A stretch of DNA of 64,000 nt. It comes from a virus. Location: the IMG/VR virus record IMGVR_UViG_3300025704_000003, one strand, 5' to 3'. This document shows positions 27,951 to 36,587 of this stretch, piece by piece. The first letter of the stretch is position 1; every line of letters begins with the position of its first letter. A program made the position numbers and the translations under genes. The notes below the pieces were generated by a model that had not been told where the DNA came from, did no database searches, and worked only from the letters and a program-made list of their open reading frames with translations.

Positions 27951-28232
27951 TTAAACACCAAAGCTCTCTCCGCATCCACAACTTGCTGTTGCATTAGGAT
28001 TGACCACCTTTAAGAAGGATCCTCCTAACTCTTCAACATAATCAATTGTACATCCGAAGATAAACATTTCAGCCATTGGGTCTAACCATAGGTTTTCTAC
28101 TGTAGCAGCTGCATCAGTCACACCCCATTCATATTGAAAGCCTGCGCATCCCCCGCCTTTTACAGCAAGAGATACGTTTGGCTTACCAACCTTTTTCAAA
28201 TATTCTTTGGCAGGTTCAGTTACTTTTATCAC
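27951..28232 (-). CDS. IscA/HesB-like Fe-S cluster carrier protein
   Basis: GGGCAGFQY, IDY, NPNATASCGCGESF. Confidence 0.9.
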   Translation of the reverse strand: MIKVTEPAKEYLKKVGKPNVSLAVKGGGCAGFQYEWGVTDAAATVENLWLDPMAEMFIFGCTIDYVEELGGSFLKVVNPNATASCGCGESFGV

Positions 28233-28624
28233 CTATTATCTACTACCGTTTTCTTTTGCGTAGCTGTTACACTATTCTTTTTAGATGCAGCTATAGCTTC
28301 CTTGCCATAGAAGGCTGCAACAATTGCTGCGACTGATACAAAGTAAACCGCTGCCATATCACCAAGGATTTCACCAGCTTGTACTAGTCCTAACCATATT
28401 GCAAGTACTACAGAGAAAGGATATAGCAGCATTCCAAATAATGCAAACCATGCCATGTTTCTCTGTGCGTCTTGTTTCTTGTCTTCATTTTCCATATCAG
28501 AACGCATGTCCTGAAGCTCAATCATTCTCTGTTCCATTGCAATCTCTTCATCAGTTATAACGCCATCACCATCACGATCCAAATGATTCCATTGGGAATC
28601 AGTATCTAGTTGTTTACCGGCCAT
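28229..28624 (-). CDS. two-TM membrane protein, holin-like, with EF-hand-like loop
   Basis: GAGG RBS before ATG 28624; DRDGDGVITDEE; QRNMAWFAL...AFYG. Confidence 0.55.
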   Translation of the reverse strand: MAGKQLDTDSQWNHLDRDGDGVITDEEIAMEQRMIELQDMRSDMENEDKKQDAQRNMAWFALFGMLLYPFSVVLAIWLGLVQAGEILGDMAAVYFVSVAAIVAAFYGKEAIAASKKNSVTATQKKTVVDNR

Positions 28625-28626
28625 TT

Positions 28627-28809
28627 TTACCTCTTTAAATTTTTCTTTTGTGGACATTTTGAATCTGGGTAGTACCAAAACTTTTTATCATAGTATCGAT
28701 TGGGTTTAGTTACATTCTCTCTATATGTACATACTTGCACAAACGTGTTTGCGCCGTTAATCCAAAAATGCGTATACGTCACGGCTACTAATATAAACTC
28801 TACCACCAT
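28627..28809 (-). CDS. small hypothetical protein
   Basis: 60 aa in operon, two Cys. Confidence 0.55.
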   Translation of the reverse strand: MVVEFILVAVTYTHFWINGANTFVQVCTYRENVTKPNRYYDKKFWYYPDSKCPQKKNLKR

Positions 28810-29282
28810 CCTTTAGCTAATCCAGTTAACCAAACCATCCCACTAATTATCGCGATCGCCAGTAATCCTAAGAATATACCAGCTACCCATTCAATGATTA
28901 ACTGCTTTCGTTCTTCTTTTTTATATACGGCCTCTCTACGCTCCTTACGCATCTGGGCTTCAATCCGTACAATCTCGTCCCAGGCCGATGGACCATAAAA
29001 TAGCGAAATATGAGACCGTAATTCCTCACGCATTTCCTTTGCCTTCTGTTTGTGTCCCCAGACTTCCAATGCATTTTGTTCAACTTGACTTGCACCAAAT
29101 ATCTTTTTAAACATCGGCGGGTTTTCTGCCTTACCGTGAGCAAAATCTAAGTCAGACATTGCGCCAGCCCACTGCGATAGTGTGCCTGCCATGTCAGATA
29201 TATCTTTCCCCACAGCCATCATTTTCTTAAGGCCATTGTATGCAGCTGTAGCCCCAGCTATAGCCGTTACTGGATCGATCAT
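28800..29282 (-). CDS. hypothetical protein with C-terminal TM
   Basis: GGAGG RBS before MIDPVTAIAGATAA. Confidence 0.75.
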   Translation of the reverse strand: MIDPVTAIAGATAAYNGLKKMMAVGKDISDMAGTLSQWAGAMSDLDFAHGKAENPPMFKKIFGASQVEQNALEVWGHKQKAKEMREELRSHISLFYGPSAWDEIVRIEAQMRKERREAVYKKEERKQLIIEWVAGIFLGLLAIAIISGMVWLTGLAKGWW

Positions 29283-29311
29283 CTCGAGCCGTCCTCCATT
29301 GTTCCTGAAGC

Positions 29312-29323
29312 TATTTATAAATA
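29312..29323. promoter_or_regulatory. overlapping divergent late promoters
   Basis: palindrome TATTTATAAATA gives TATAAATA on both strands between divergent operons. Confidence 0.75.
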
Positions 29324-29348
29324 AAGAGTAATTTAGAGGAGATTTGTT

Positions 29349-30260
29349 ATGCAAAAACCTGTACTAGTAGCCGGAGGATGCTCGTTTACTGATCCAAATA
29401 ACTGGCAATATTTTTCAAAAAGCCATGGAGTTAATGAAATCAAGGCTTGGCCACAAGTTTTAGCTGATATTATTAAAGATAAGCACGGAATAGATTATAA
29501 AGTAATTAATACTGGCCGCGGCGGAGCTAGTTTAAGTAAATCAATTGACCGAATACAAAGAGCTGTATTTTCAGAAGAGCGTAATATAAAGCCACATCCA
29601 GAAAATTTAATAGTACTAGGATTGACAGATTGGTGGCGAGAATACTCTACATACACTGAAATTAATTTTAACCCTGCTGTATATTATATGTACCAACTAA
29701 AAGACAGTATAGAAAAGGGAGAACATCCCTTAGTTTCGCTTCCTCGCCATATATCAAATAATCCTGAAGACCAAGAGCGCGCATTGCGAGACTGTGAACG
29801 AATGGGTATAGAAAATTTTGCGCGTGACTGGTTACCGAATTATTATGTTTGGGGCGAGTATAGAAAAAGAAGAATTCATTATGCGTTTCAACAGATATAT
29901 AATGTTATAACTATGGCAAAAGCTCTTGGATATAAAGTTTTAATTTATCAACTTTTATATCCGCTCCCTCCACACGAACATTATTTAGAAAGATTTGGTC
30001 TTGAAAACCCGCTTAAGCAAAGTATGGATGCATGGCTAATCGATCATATGCATGAAGTCTTTTTGTATGATGTTTTAAAAAAAGAAGAATCTATAATAGG
30101 ATTTCCTTTTGTTAAAGTTTTAGGTGGATATAATTACGAGGCCTCTATCAATTATCAAAATGAAAAATATTGTATTGCTCCGAACGATGGTCATCCAAAC
30201 CAACTTGGACACGAACTTATAGCGAAAGAATTTTATAATGCTTGGAAAAATACAGAGTAA
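29349..30260 (+). CDS. SGNH/GDSL hydrolase-like protein
   Basis: GGCSFT, WP, NTGRGG, DGHPNQLGH. Confidence 0.7.
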   Translation: MQKPVLVAGGCSFTDPNNWQYFSKSHGVNEIKAWPQVLADIIKDKHGIDYKVINTGRGGASLSKSIDRIQRAVFSEERNIKPHPENLIVLGLTDWWREYSTYTEINFNPAVYYMYQLKDSIEKGEHPLVSLPRHISNNPEDQERALRDCERMGIENFARDWLPNYYVWGEYRKRRIHYAFQQIYNVITMAKALGYKVLIYQLLYPLPPHEHYLERFGLENPLKQSMDAWLIDHMHEVFLYDVLKKEESIIGFPFVKVLGGYNYEASINYQNEKYCIAPNDGHPNQLGHELIAKEFYNAWKNTE

Positions 30261-30350
30261 ATTTATTAGATTATATTATAAAATAAAATATAAATTTAGT
30301 AAAAAGAAACCTCATATAAATCGTCTTTATATTTACGAAGAGGATGATTA

Positions 30351-31136
30351 ATGGGACTATTCTCTGACCTTAAAGGTATTACGGTATGGTTAGATATTTC
30401 TACATTCTGTAACGCGGCGTGTCCTCAATGTCACAGGACCGATCCAAACGGATTAGATAAAATGGATTGGTTACCACTAAAGAAGTGGGATCTCGAAGAA
30501 TTTGTAAATGCATTTCCTGCTGGTTCAATGGATAGAATTGGCAAATTTTGGCTATGCGGAACGTGGGGTGATCCGCTTATGAGTAAAGATCTACTAGAAA
30601 TGTGTAAACATATTATAGATCACTCTAATGCAACAATTCATATTAACACTAATGGCGGATTAAGATCTCCAAGCTGGTGGGAAAAACTAGGTAGTTATTG
30701 CGGTGATAGATTACTAATCTATTTTGATATTGATGGCATTAATAATGAAATGCATGCCAAATATCGTCGAGGCGTTGAACTAGACAAAGTATTGGAAAAC
30801 ATGGAAGCGATTTCTAATACTCCAGCCAATGTAAAAGCTTTTATTATTTTGTTTAAGCACAACGAAAATTACACCTACGACATGATGAATCTAGCTAAAA
30901 TGTATGGCGCTAATGAATGTTATGTAATTAAATCAGACAGATTTTTAGTTAACAATAAATTTAGATTTGTAAATGAAGATGGAGAAGAAGAGTTTTTAGA
31001 AGAAATGACTAGAAAAGATTTATCAAGACATATTATGAATAGTGAGTGGGTTGACCGAGCAGAAGAATTTGTTCAGTCCAGACAGACTAAAGATAAAAAT
31101 CAAATGAAAGACTTAGATAATGCCTACATCAGATAA
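30351..31136 (+). CDS. radical SAM protein
   Basis: CNAACPQC, GTWGDP, NTNG, DIDG. Confidence 0.85.
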   Translation: MGLFSDLKGITVWLDISTFCNAACPQCHRTDPNGLDKMDWLPLKKWDLEEFVNAFPAGSMDRIGKFWLCGTWGDPLMSKDLLEMCKHIIDHSNATIHINTNGGLRSPSWWEKLGSYCGDRLLIYFDIDGINNEMHAKYRRGVELDKVLENMEAISNTPANVKAFIILFKHNENYTYDMMNLAKMYGANECYVIKSDRFLVNNKFRFVNEDGEEEFLEEMTRKDLSRHIMNSEWVDRAEEFVQSRQTKDKNQMKDLDNAYIR

Positions 31137-31452
31137 GCCGTGTATCGAATGTATGTGGCAAAAGGATAACACTATATTAATTAATCCTGACGGTCAAGTA
31201 TATCCATGCTGCTACTTAGGAAATATACATTACACGGCACTTGCTACTAATCATAAGAGTGGACTAACTTTCTCTAAGTATGAAGTATTAGCGAAATATC
31301 ATGCTCAAAGAGAAAAGTTTAATATTAATACTAATAATATAGATGACATTTTAGAATCCGAATGGTTTAACGAAACTTTGCCTGAATCATGGGAAAGTTA
31401 TGATACAACTCCTGGACCATGTTTACAGTGGTGCAATAATGCTGAGAAATAA
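31120..31452 (+). CDS. SPASM/twitch Fe-S domain protein
   Basis: C...INPDGQVYPCC...CLQWC. Confidence 0.75.
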   Translation: MPTSDKPCIECMWQKDNTILINPDGQVYPCCYLGNIHYTALATNHKSGLTFSKYEVLAKYHAQREKFNINTNNIDDILESEWFNETLPESWESYDTTPGPCLQWCNNAEK

Positions 31453-32053
31453 AGGCAAGCCATTTATAATATGGGCATCAGCTAGAACAGCAAGTCTCGG
31501 TTTATATTATGATTATAAAGTCAAGAATAATCAGGTCGGGCACGAGACTAAGGGGCATCTACCTCTTGAAAAGGATGATAGCGAGCTAACATATCTTTTT
31601 GATAACAACTACTCTTTTTGTTATCATTTATCAGGATATGATCATATTGGCTCATCAATAGAAAAAGCTATACAACATTTGAGTCAGCAGCAGGACTACC
31701 ATCATATAATTTTATATCGAGAAGATGCAGTTGCCAGATATAAATCTACATTGCTTGCTTTAGCTACAGGTGCTTGGCATGCTCAAGATAGATTTATTAT
31801 AAATGATGCAAAGTGGGATGAGCATAAAGATAGAGATTGGGTTACACTAGAAAAGGAAATACAAAAACATTATTTCCATATAAAAGAGTGGCTTGATAAC
31901 ACAAATCAAGAATATGACGTTGTCGAATTTAATGAAGCTATAAAATACATATCTTCTTATACAGGTAATAATAACCATAAATTCCATAAAGCAATACCAG
32001 AAAATCCGAAACTTGAAAAAGAATTAGAAAAATTAAATTTAACTATTTTATAA
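31439..32053 (+). CDS. sulfotransferase-like (Stf0-like) protein
   Basis: ASARTAS P-loop-like, ILYRED..ARYKS..LA..TGAW. Confidence 0.55.
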   Translation: MLRNKGKPFIIWASARTASLGLYYDYKVKNNQVGHETKGHLPLEKDDSELTYLFDNNYSFCYHLSGYDHIGSSIEKAIQHLSQQQDYHHIILYREDAVARYKSTLLALATGAWHAQDRFIINDAKWDEHKDRDWVTLEKEIQKHYFHIKEWLDNTNQEYDVVEFNEAIKYISSYTGNNNHKFHKAIPENPKLEKELEKLNLTIL

Positions 32054-32130
32054 GTGATTGATTCTCAACAAAACTATTTTTGCAAAAAGCGAAATTAACT
32101 GTGTACAAACGCTTTTGAATAGTGTAGGAT
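32051..32130 (+). repeat. promoter cassette repeat, copy 2
   Basis: matches 24531-24587; ends in TGTACA-N17-TAGGAT. Confidence 0.85.
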
Positions 32131-32155
32131 GGTTACATCAAATGAGGAGATAGTC

Positions 32156-32533
32156 ATGAAATTCGCAGTATACCAAATCCAACTCACAGCAGCTCAGCGC
32201 AAAACAGTTAACGAGTCTGGTGACTTCGACTCAGTACCAGCTTTTGCAGCTAAGACTAAAATGTCTATGGATTTCTCAGGCAATAAAATCGGTGGTCTGG
32301 CTTCTGATGCTTTTGATGCTGGTTACTACACTCACGTTGCTAACATCACAGCCGAAGATTACAACGATTGTTTCGAGGTTGGTAACATCGGTCCTGACGA
32401 AAACATTGAGCGTTTAGGTCTTATGTCTTCACTTTCAGTTGGTGATGTTATTGTCGCTGAAGATGGTACAGTAGCGGTTATCGCTCCAATTGGCTTCGTA
32501 GCTTTCTCTCACAATCCAAAGATAGCAGCATAA
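32156..32533 (+). CDS. hypothetical protein (YodL-like motif)
   Basis: GAGGAG RBS; SSLSVGDVIV. Confidence 0.7.
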   Translation: MKFAVYQIQLTAAQRKTVNESGDFDSVPAFAAKTKMSMDFSGNKIGGLASDAFDAGYYTHVANITAEDYNDCFEVGNIGPDENIERLGLMSSLSVGDVIVAEDGTVAVIAPIGFVAFSHNPKIAA

Positions 32534-32811
32534 TGGAAGGCGTAAATCAGGAAATACGTAATAGGATTCGTCTTTCGGTAGCAGCATACGCTTACGAATA
32601 TAAAGACGATCCTGTTATGTCTGATGCTTCTTTTGATGAATTGTCTAGACAAATTGATATTACGGTTAAGACTGGTAATCGTAAACTAGACAATTTTTTT
32701 AAAAAGCATTTTGAGCCTGACACTGGTATGTGGATCCGCAAGCATCCTGAGCGTAACAAGTTGGATCACATCTATAGAAATTATTATGGAGGGGAAGCAT
32801 ATGGATCTTAA
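32533..32811 (+). CDS. stand-alone NAD-dependent DNA ligase N-terminal (Ia)-like protein
   Basis: AYAYEYKDDPVMSDASFDEL resembles LigA YY..D.P.ISD.EYD.L. Confidence 0.6.
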   Translation: MEGVNQEIRNRIRLSVAAYAYEYKDDPVMSDASFDELSRQIDITVKTGNRKLDNFFKKHFEPDTGMWIRKHPERNKLDHIYRNYYGGEAYGS

Positions 32812-33112
32812 ATTTACAACGTGCGGTGACTATATGAAAGGAAAAGAAGATGAAAAAGAATGGTTTGAATTTGGAGGAGTCACATACGATGTTACCTTCG
32901 GACAATCTGACACGGTTAGGCATGGCGGTCCTTTTGACCGCGGAAGCGCTGATTCGTACTATGGTCGTACTGTTGATCCCCATTATTGGCCTAGTGGCAC
33001 TTATAAAGCACTTCGGGTAGAATCCATAGATATGACTAAAGATGAAATCCAAGAATATTATGCTGGCTACGAGTACAATGAAGTGTCTGGAGATAAGAAG
33101 GATTGGGGATGA
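32801..33112 (+). CDS. conserved hypothetical protein
   Basis: HGGPFDRGSADSYYGR...PHY...EYYAGY. Confidence 0.7.
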   Translation: MDLKFTTCGDYMKGKEDEKEWFEFGGVTYDVTFGQSDTVRHGGPFDRGSADSYYGRTVDPHYWPSGTYKALRVESIDMTKDEIQEYYAGYEYNEVSGDKKDWG

Positions 33113-33229
33113 TTAAGGTCAACGGTAAAATCTTTAATTGTGTATTAGATGCTATTGAGTATCGCGATATCCTTGATGCTCACTATATAAAGGTAGTGTG
33201 GACTTATCTGAGTAAAGAAAGAGCAACAA

Positions 33230-33457
33230 ATGATTACCGTCGAGTTTGATATGGATGAAACGCTTATCACTGTCTTAGACGATACCGGAGAGTTGGAGGA
33301 TGTGTCAGTCTTTATGTTTGAAGACTATATACACATTCGGCAATGGAATGAGAAGATGCAAAAGTTTGATGTAATTACTATGAAACCTGAAATGTATTTG
33401 AAGCTAATGCGAGCATGGAGATTGCCTGAAGGTTCTTACGTGATGAATTATGAGTAG
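33230..33457 (+). CDS. hypothetical protein
   Basis: 75 aa ORF. Confidence 0.7.
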   Translation: MITVEFDMDETLITVLDDTGELEDVSVFMFEDYIHIRQWNEKMQKFDVITMKPEMYLKLMRAWRLPEGSYVMNYE

Positions 33458-33475
33458 GTGTGACAACTTGTCACA

Positions 33476-33504
33476 TGTACATTACTGTGTTTTTAGTGTA
33501 GTAT
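33476..33504 (+). promoter_or_regulatory. early/middle promoter (TGTAC family) with abutting palindrome
   Basis: TGTACA-N17-TAGTAT; TGTGACAA-C-TTGTCACA at 33459-33475. Confidence 0.65.
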
Positions 33505-33515
33505 GATTTTATAAC

Positions 33516-33800
33516 ATGGAGAATAATATGACTGATCAACAAAAAGCAGACCGTCTTGCACTTATCGCTAAAATCGCACATAAACAAAAAGTCGAAAAAG
33601 CAACAAAGGTACGGATGGCTAAAGTAAAGGCCAGCTCTAAAACTCTCACAAAACGTGTACCTAAAAAAGCTCGTTCGTTCATGGACATTCCTAAAGAAGG
33701 AAACAATGTTTACGCGTGGACTGATGCATCAAAATATGCAAAAGAATATTATGGAGAAACCTTGTATGAAACAACCAGATACGACAACGAATGGGATTAA
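33516..33800 (+). CDS. hypothetical protein
   Basis: GGAG RBS suggests start 33528. Confidence 0.7.
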   Translation: MENNMTDQQKADRLALIAKIAHKQKVEKATKVRMAKVKASSKTLTKRVPKKARSFMDIPKEGNNVYAWTDASKYAKEYYGETLYETTRYDNEWD

Positions 33801-33810
33801 TGGAATTGAA

Positions 33811-34119
33811 ATGGAATTGATGCTGAACCCTATTAAGGCTCAGCTTGATGACATGGATAAGAAGATCAATACTCTATGCGAAGTAACGTTAGCTTGGAAT
33901 GAAAGCATTGATAACATTAACAGGCATCTGACCGAAAGCATGGAAGTAATTAAACAGGAAATAGGAATTTCCAGCTGGGTTGATGATAGCAGTGCACTCA
34001 TCGATATCAATAAATTTATTTTGAAAAGTTCTTATGAAAAGGACGAAAAGGATGAGAAGGTAATTAGACTCAAACCTGAATTATTTAATGGAGGCGAAAG
34101 CAATGATGATGGAAATTGA
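33811..34119 (+). CDS. hypothetical protein
   Basis: trimmed start avoids long overlap. Confidence 0.55.
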   Translation: MELMLNPIKAQLDDMDKKINTLCEVTLAWNESIDNINRHLTESMEVIKQEIGISSWVDDSSALIDINKFILKSSYEKDEKDEKVIRLKPELFNGGESNDDGN

Positions 34120-34366
34120 ATTGGAGAAAATTGTGAACCGTAATGAAATGATTGAAGAGTTGCTTAAACGCAACTGCAAAGTCATTTTTCAAAAAGTTGA
34201 TGGAACGGAACGTACTATGATTTGTACGTTACAAGAATCAGCTATTGGAACTGACAAAGCACAGCGTGATGTAAAGTCTCGCAACGAAAATGTAATAGCA
34301 GTTTGGGATGTAGAAAATAAAGGATGGCGGTCATTTAAAACCGATTCAGTAATTTCTTTTTCTTAA
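34088..34366 (+). CDS. WYL-like/SH3 beta-barrel protein
   Basis: FQKVDGTERTMICTL...VWDVENKGWRSF. Confidence 0.75.
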   Translation: MEAKAMMMEIELEKIVNRNEMIEELLKRNCKVIFQKVDGTERTMICTLQESAIGTDKAQRDVKSRNENVIAVWDVENKGWRSFKTDSVISFS

Positions 34367-34389
34367 TAAATAAATAAAAAGGAGATTAC

Positions 34390-34593
34390 ATGTATATTTC
34401 ACTCGAAGTGTTTTTTGCAATTGTTACGTGCGCAGTTTCGTATTTTACATATGTATTAGGTAAACGAGACAATGAAACACATCGACAAGAAATTGTTGAT
34501 GCTACTATAGATTATCTTATTAATGAAAATATGGTCAGATGGGAACGCAGATCCGACGGCGAAATAGAATTATTTGCGCTCGACGAAAAATAA
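34390..34593 (+). CDS. small membrane protein
   Basis: AGGAG RBS, N-terminal TM. Confidence 0.7.
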   Translation: MYISLEVFFAIVTCAVSYFTYVLGKRDNETHRQEIVDATIDYLINENMVRWERRSDGEIELFALDEK

Positions 34594-34596
34594 GTG

Positions 34597-34625
34597 TGTA
34601 CATCCGATTAAAACTGTGTTAGAAT
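34597..34625 (+). promoter_or_regulatory. early/middle promoter (TGTAC family)
   Basis: TGTACA-N17-TAGAAT. Confidence 0.75.
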
Positions 34626-34646
34626 AGTGTTATTGATGAGGAATAT

Positions 34647-35132
34647 ATGATGAACAAACCTGTGAAAATTCGTAAGAAGCGTAAGCCAATGTCAGCCGAA
34701 CAACGTGAAGCAGCTGCTGAACGTCTTAAGCTAGCCCGCGAAAAGCGTATGAAGAATAATCCTCCCACCTATAAAAACATTCATGAAAGTGTTTTAGCTA
34801 TTCCAGACGATCAGCCTATGTCTCTAAAGAGCGTACGGCATTGGATTAAAACACAAAAGGATCTTATGTCATCAGAGCGTAAAGCTATGAAGATGGATCC
34901 TCAAAATAAAACTGGAGCATATAGTCGATATCATAATTGTCAAGCATACATCCGTAATCTAGAACGTTATTTACGTGATGGCACCTATATAGACGGGTTT
35001 TACGGTGAGTACGGTAAGTCTCTTATGAAATGGAAATGTGTAGTTCCTTCGTATGATAAAGAGGGTAATATTAAACGTACTCATGGTGTCTATTATGAAG
35101 ACCTAGGTATGACTTGGAGTGACTATGATTGA
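34647..35132 (+). CDS. conserved hypothetical protein
   Basis: RKPMSAEQREAAAERLKLAREKR; upstream of gp33. Confidence 0.75.
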   Translation: MMNKPVKIRKKRKPMSAEQREAAAERLKLAREKRMKNNPPTYKNIHESVLAIPDDQPMSLKSVRHWIKTQKDLMSSERKAMKMDPQNKTGAYSRYHNCQAYIRNLERYLRDGTYIDGFYGEYGKSLMKWKCVVPSYDKEGNIKRTHGVYYEDLGMTWSDYD

Positions 35133-35355
35133 ATCAAAATTCTTAACTAAATCGAAATTCAGTGTTCTTATTGAGAACGCTGTCATCAAGCAGAAAATGT
35201 CATACATGGACGCTGTTCTCGACGTCTGTGATAAAAATAACATTGATCCTGAGGATGTAAAGAAATTTATATCCACCCCGATTCGAGACAAAATTGAAGC
35301 CGAAGCAATGCGGCTTAACTATCTTCCGAAAGGAAATACACTACTTTTTGAATAG
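35119..35355 (+). CDS. gp33: late transcription coactivator gp33
   Basis: FS..IE, SYMDAV...I.PE, KIEAEAMRLNYL; next to gp32. Confidence 0.85.
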   Translation: MTMIESKFLTKSKFSVLIENAVIKQKMSYMDAVLDVCDKNNIDPEDVKKFISTPIRDKIEAEAMRLNYLPKGNTLLFE

Positions 35356-35364
35356 GAGAGTACT

Positions 35365-35514
35365 ATGACACAAACTCGTGACGAACGTATGGCAAAATCA
35401 GAGGCAGCTCGTGATAAACGTAAGATGCTTAAAAAAACCTTACTGTCGAAAACTGAAAGGTTTTATACGAGAATGAGAAAACTCCGACGAAAGAAGTCGA
35501 AACAAAATTTATAA
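35365..35514 (+). CDS. small basic protein (49 aa, not in ORF track)
   Basis: AGGAG RBS; MTQTRDERMAK... Confidence 0.6.
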   Translation: MTQTRDERMAKSEAARDKRKMLKKTLLSKTERFYTRMRKLRRKKSKQNL

Positions 35515-35549
35515 ATACGGTGTACAACAACGTAAGAATGTTGTATAAT
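35510..35549 (+). promoter_or_regulatory. tandem late and early/middle promoters for gp32
   Basis: TATAAATA 35510-35517; TGTACA-N17-TATAAT 35521-35549. Confidence 0.8.
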
Positions 35550-35586
35550 AATACAGTTAATACTACAGCAATACAAGGAAAAATAA

Positions 35587-36492
35587 ATGTCTTTTGCAAA
35601 TCTAAAGCGTAACAAGGATAATATCTCTAAACTCATTAAAGCTGCTGAAGCAACCGGTGGTGGTGGCGAGAAGAAATCCTATGCAGACGAACGTCTGTGG
35701 AAACCTACAGTAGATCAAGCGGGTAATGGTTACGCCATTCTGCGATTCCTTCCTGCTCGTGAAGGTGCAGAACTGCCTTGGGCACGGTACTGGGACCATG
35801 GTTTTAAAGGACCAACAGGTCAATGGTACATTGAAAAGTCTCTCACATCTATCGGCCAACCAGATCCAGTAGGCGAATTGAATTCTCGTCTATGGAATAC
35901 TGGTATTGAAGAAGATAAAGAAGCTGCTCGTCGACAAAAACGTCGGTTGCATTACGTAACTAATGTCTATGTTGTATCTGATCCATCTAATCCTGAGCGT
36001 GAAGGCCAAGTCTTCTTGTATCAGTTTGGTAAGAAAATCCATGACAAAATTATGGATATGATGCAGCCTGAATTTGCTGATGAAGATGCAGTAAATCCAT
36101 TTGATATGTGGGAAGGTGCAGACTTTAAACTTAAGATTCGTAATGTCGAAGGTTATCGTAACTATGACAAATCTGAGTTTGCTCGTCCAGCTCCACTCTT
36201 GGGTGGCGATGATGCGGCGCTAGAAGCTGTCTATGATAAGATGTATGATCTATCCGAATGGTCAGATCCTTCAAGTTATAAGACATACGATGAACTTAAA
36301 ACTAAACTGAGTTCCATCCTCGGTGAGGTTGCTGGTATGGGTGCGATGACTATGTCGCAAAACACTCAGATGAATGAACCTGAGTCTGCTCCATCACCGC
36401 AACGCATCGAACCGGTGGCGGCAGAGAATATCAAAGTCGAAGACGATGATGACACTCTAAGCTATTTTGCAAAATTAGCTGAAGCCGACTAA
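35587..36492 (+). CDS. gp32: single-stranded DNA-binding protein gp32
   Basis: DERLWKP..D.AGNGYAILRFLPA, FGKKI, NPFD.WEGADFKLKI, NYDKSEF, acidic tail. Confidence 0.95.
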   Translation: MSFANLKRNKDNISKLIKAAEATGGGGEKKSYADERLWKPTVDQAGNGYAILRFLPAREGAELPWARYWDHGFKGPTGQWYIEKSLTSIGQPDPVGELNSRLWNTGIEEDKEAARRQKRRLHYVTNVYVVSDPSNPEREGQVFLYQFGKKIHDKIMDMMQPEFADEDAVNPFDMWEGADFKLKIRNVEGYRNYDKSEFARPAPLLGGDDAALEAVYDKMYDLSEWSDPSSYKTYDELKTKLSSILGEVAGMGAMTMSQNTQMNEPESAPSPQRIEPVAAENIKVEDDDDTLSYFAKLAEAD

Positions 36493-36587
36493 AAATCCTA
36501 AAGAGGAAGTGGCCCTCTACTTTAGGTCGGTAAAAGCACTGGTACCGGATAACCCAGTCGGTTGATGCATACGTGAAATGCATATAG

